Part shown: positions 1-64,000 of the stretch, piece after piece | Layout: each line of letters begins with the position of its first letter | How positions within the stretch are numbered: position 1 is the first letter of the stretch | Program-made: the position numbers and the translations under genes | The notes under the pieces: generated by a model | Told to the model about the DNA's origin: nothing | Databases searched by the model: none | Seen by the model: only the letters and a program-made list of their open reading frames with translations | NCBI GenBank assembly: GCA_012295275.1 | Contig: CM022668.1 | Location: 12,338,001 to 12,402,000, forward strand | Direction: 5' to 3' | Source of the DNA: Chrysomallon squamiferum | Lineage: Eukaryota > Animalia > Mollusca | Length of the DNA stretch: 64,000 nt

Positions 1-63539
<63,539 letters not shown>

Positions 63540-64000
63540 GTAAATTATTTATAATTTATTTATTTTTTATTATAATTTGTTATTTTTGTTTTTATTTATT
63601 TATTTATTGGTGTTGATTTGTTTTTTTTGTTTTTTTTTACGTTTTTTTTTGTTTTTTGTTTTTTATTTATATTTATAAATTTTATTAGTTTAATACATTT
63701 TTAAATTTTTTATCTTTTTGTTATATAAATATATATTTTATTTTAATATTATTTGTATTAATTTTCTTAATTATATATTTATAGTTATTATTATTTGTAT
63801 TAATTTTCTTAATTATATATTTATAGTTATTACTATTTATTCTATTTATTATTATGGGGTGTTTTTGGTTTTTTTTTTTTTTACATTTTAACTAATTTCA
63901 AAAATTAAAAAAAAACAAAAACAGACACATATTTATGTTTTTTTAATATTTTTATTTATTTATATTTATAATTTTTGTTTTTTCATTTAGTTATTTTCTA

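Overview
AT-rich metazoan genomic DNA (microsatellite-laden introns; gastropod/lophotrochozoan origin is my inference). The whole window is the interior of one giant + strand titin/connectin-family gene with no start or end in view: 66 canonical exons, about 17.7 kb of CDS, about 5,900 aa. Domain order: proximal Ig domains; an N2A/I80-like Ig plus a short unique insert; 34 tandem Ig domains, mostly in 267-bp phase-1 exons and including a near-identical (A-B)7-A exon array; an Ig-(FN3)3-Ig super-repeat junction; then at least 13 consecutive FN3 domains with a 3-domain repeat. The most interesting signal is non-coding. The 5.7-kb intron at 12.7-18.4 kb holds two hidden divergent Ig exons, perfect inverted repeats and clustered GCATG motifs. 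The Ig array is dense in ACTAAY motifs, one of which sits inside a splice donor. The 4.4-kb intron at 49.1-53.5 kb looks like an alternative 3' end. Several 1-2 nt frameshifts are probably assembly errors. Exon coordinates were read by hand from splice sites and reading frame.
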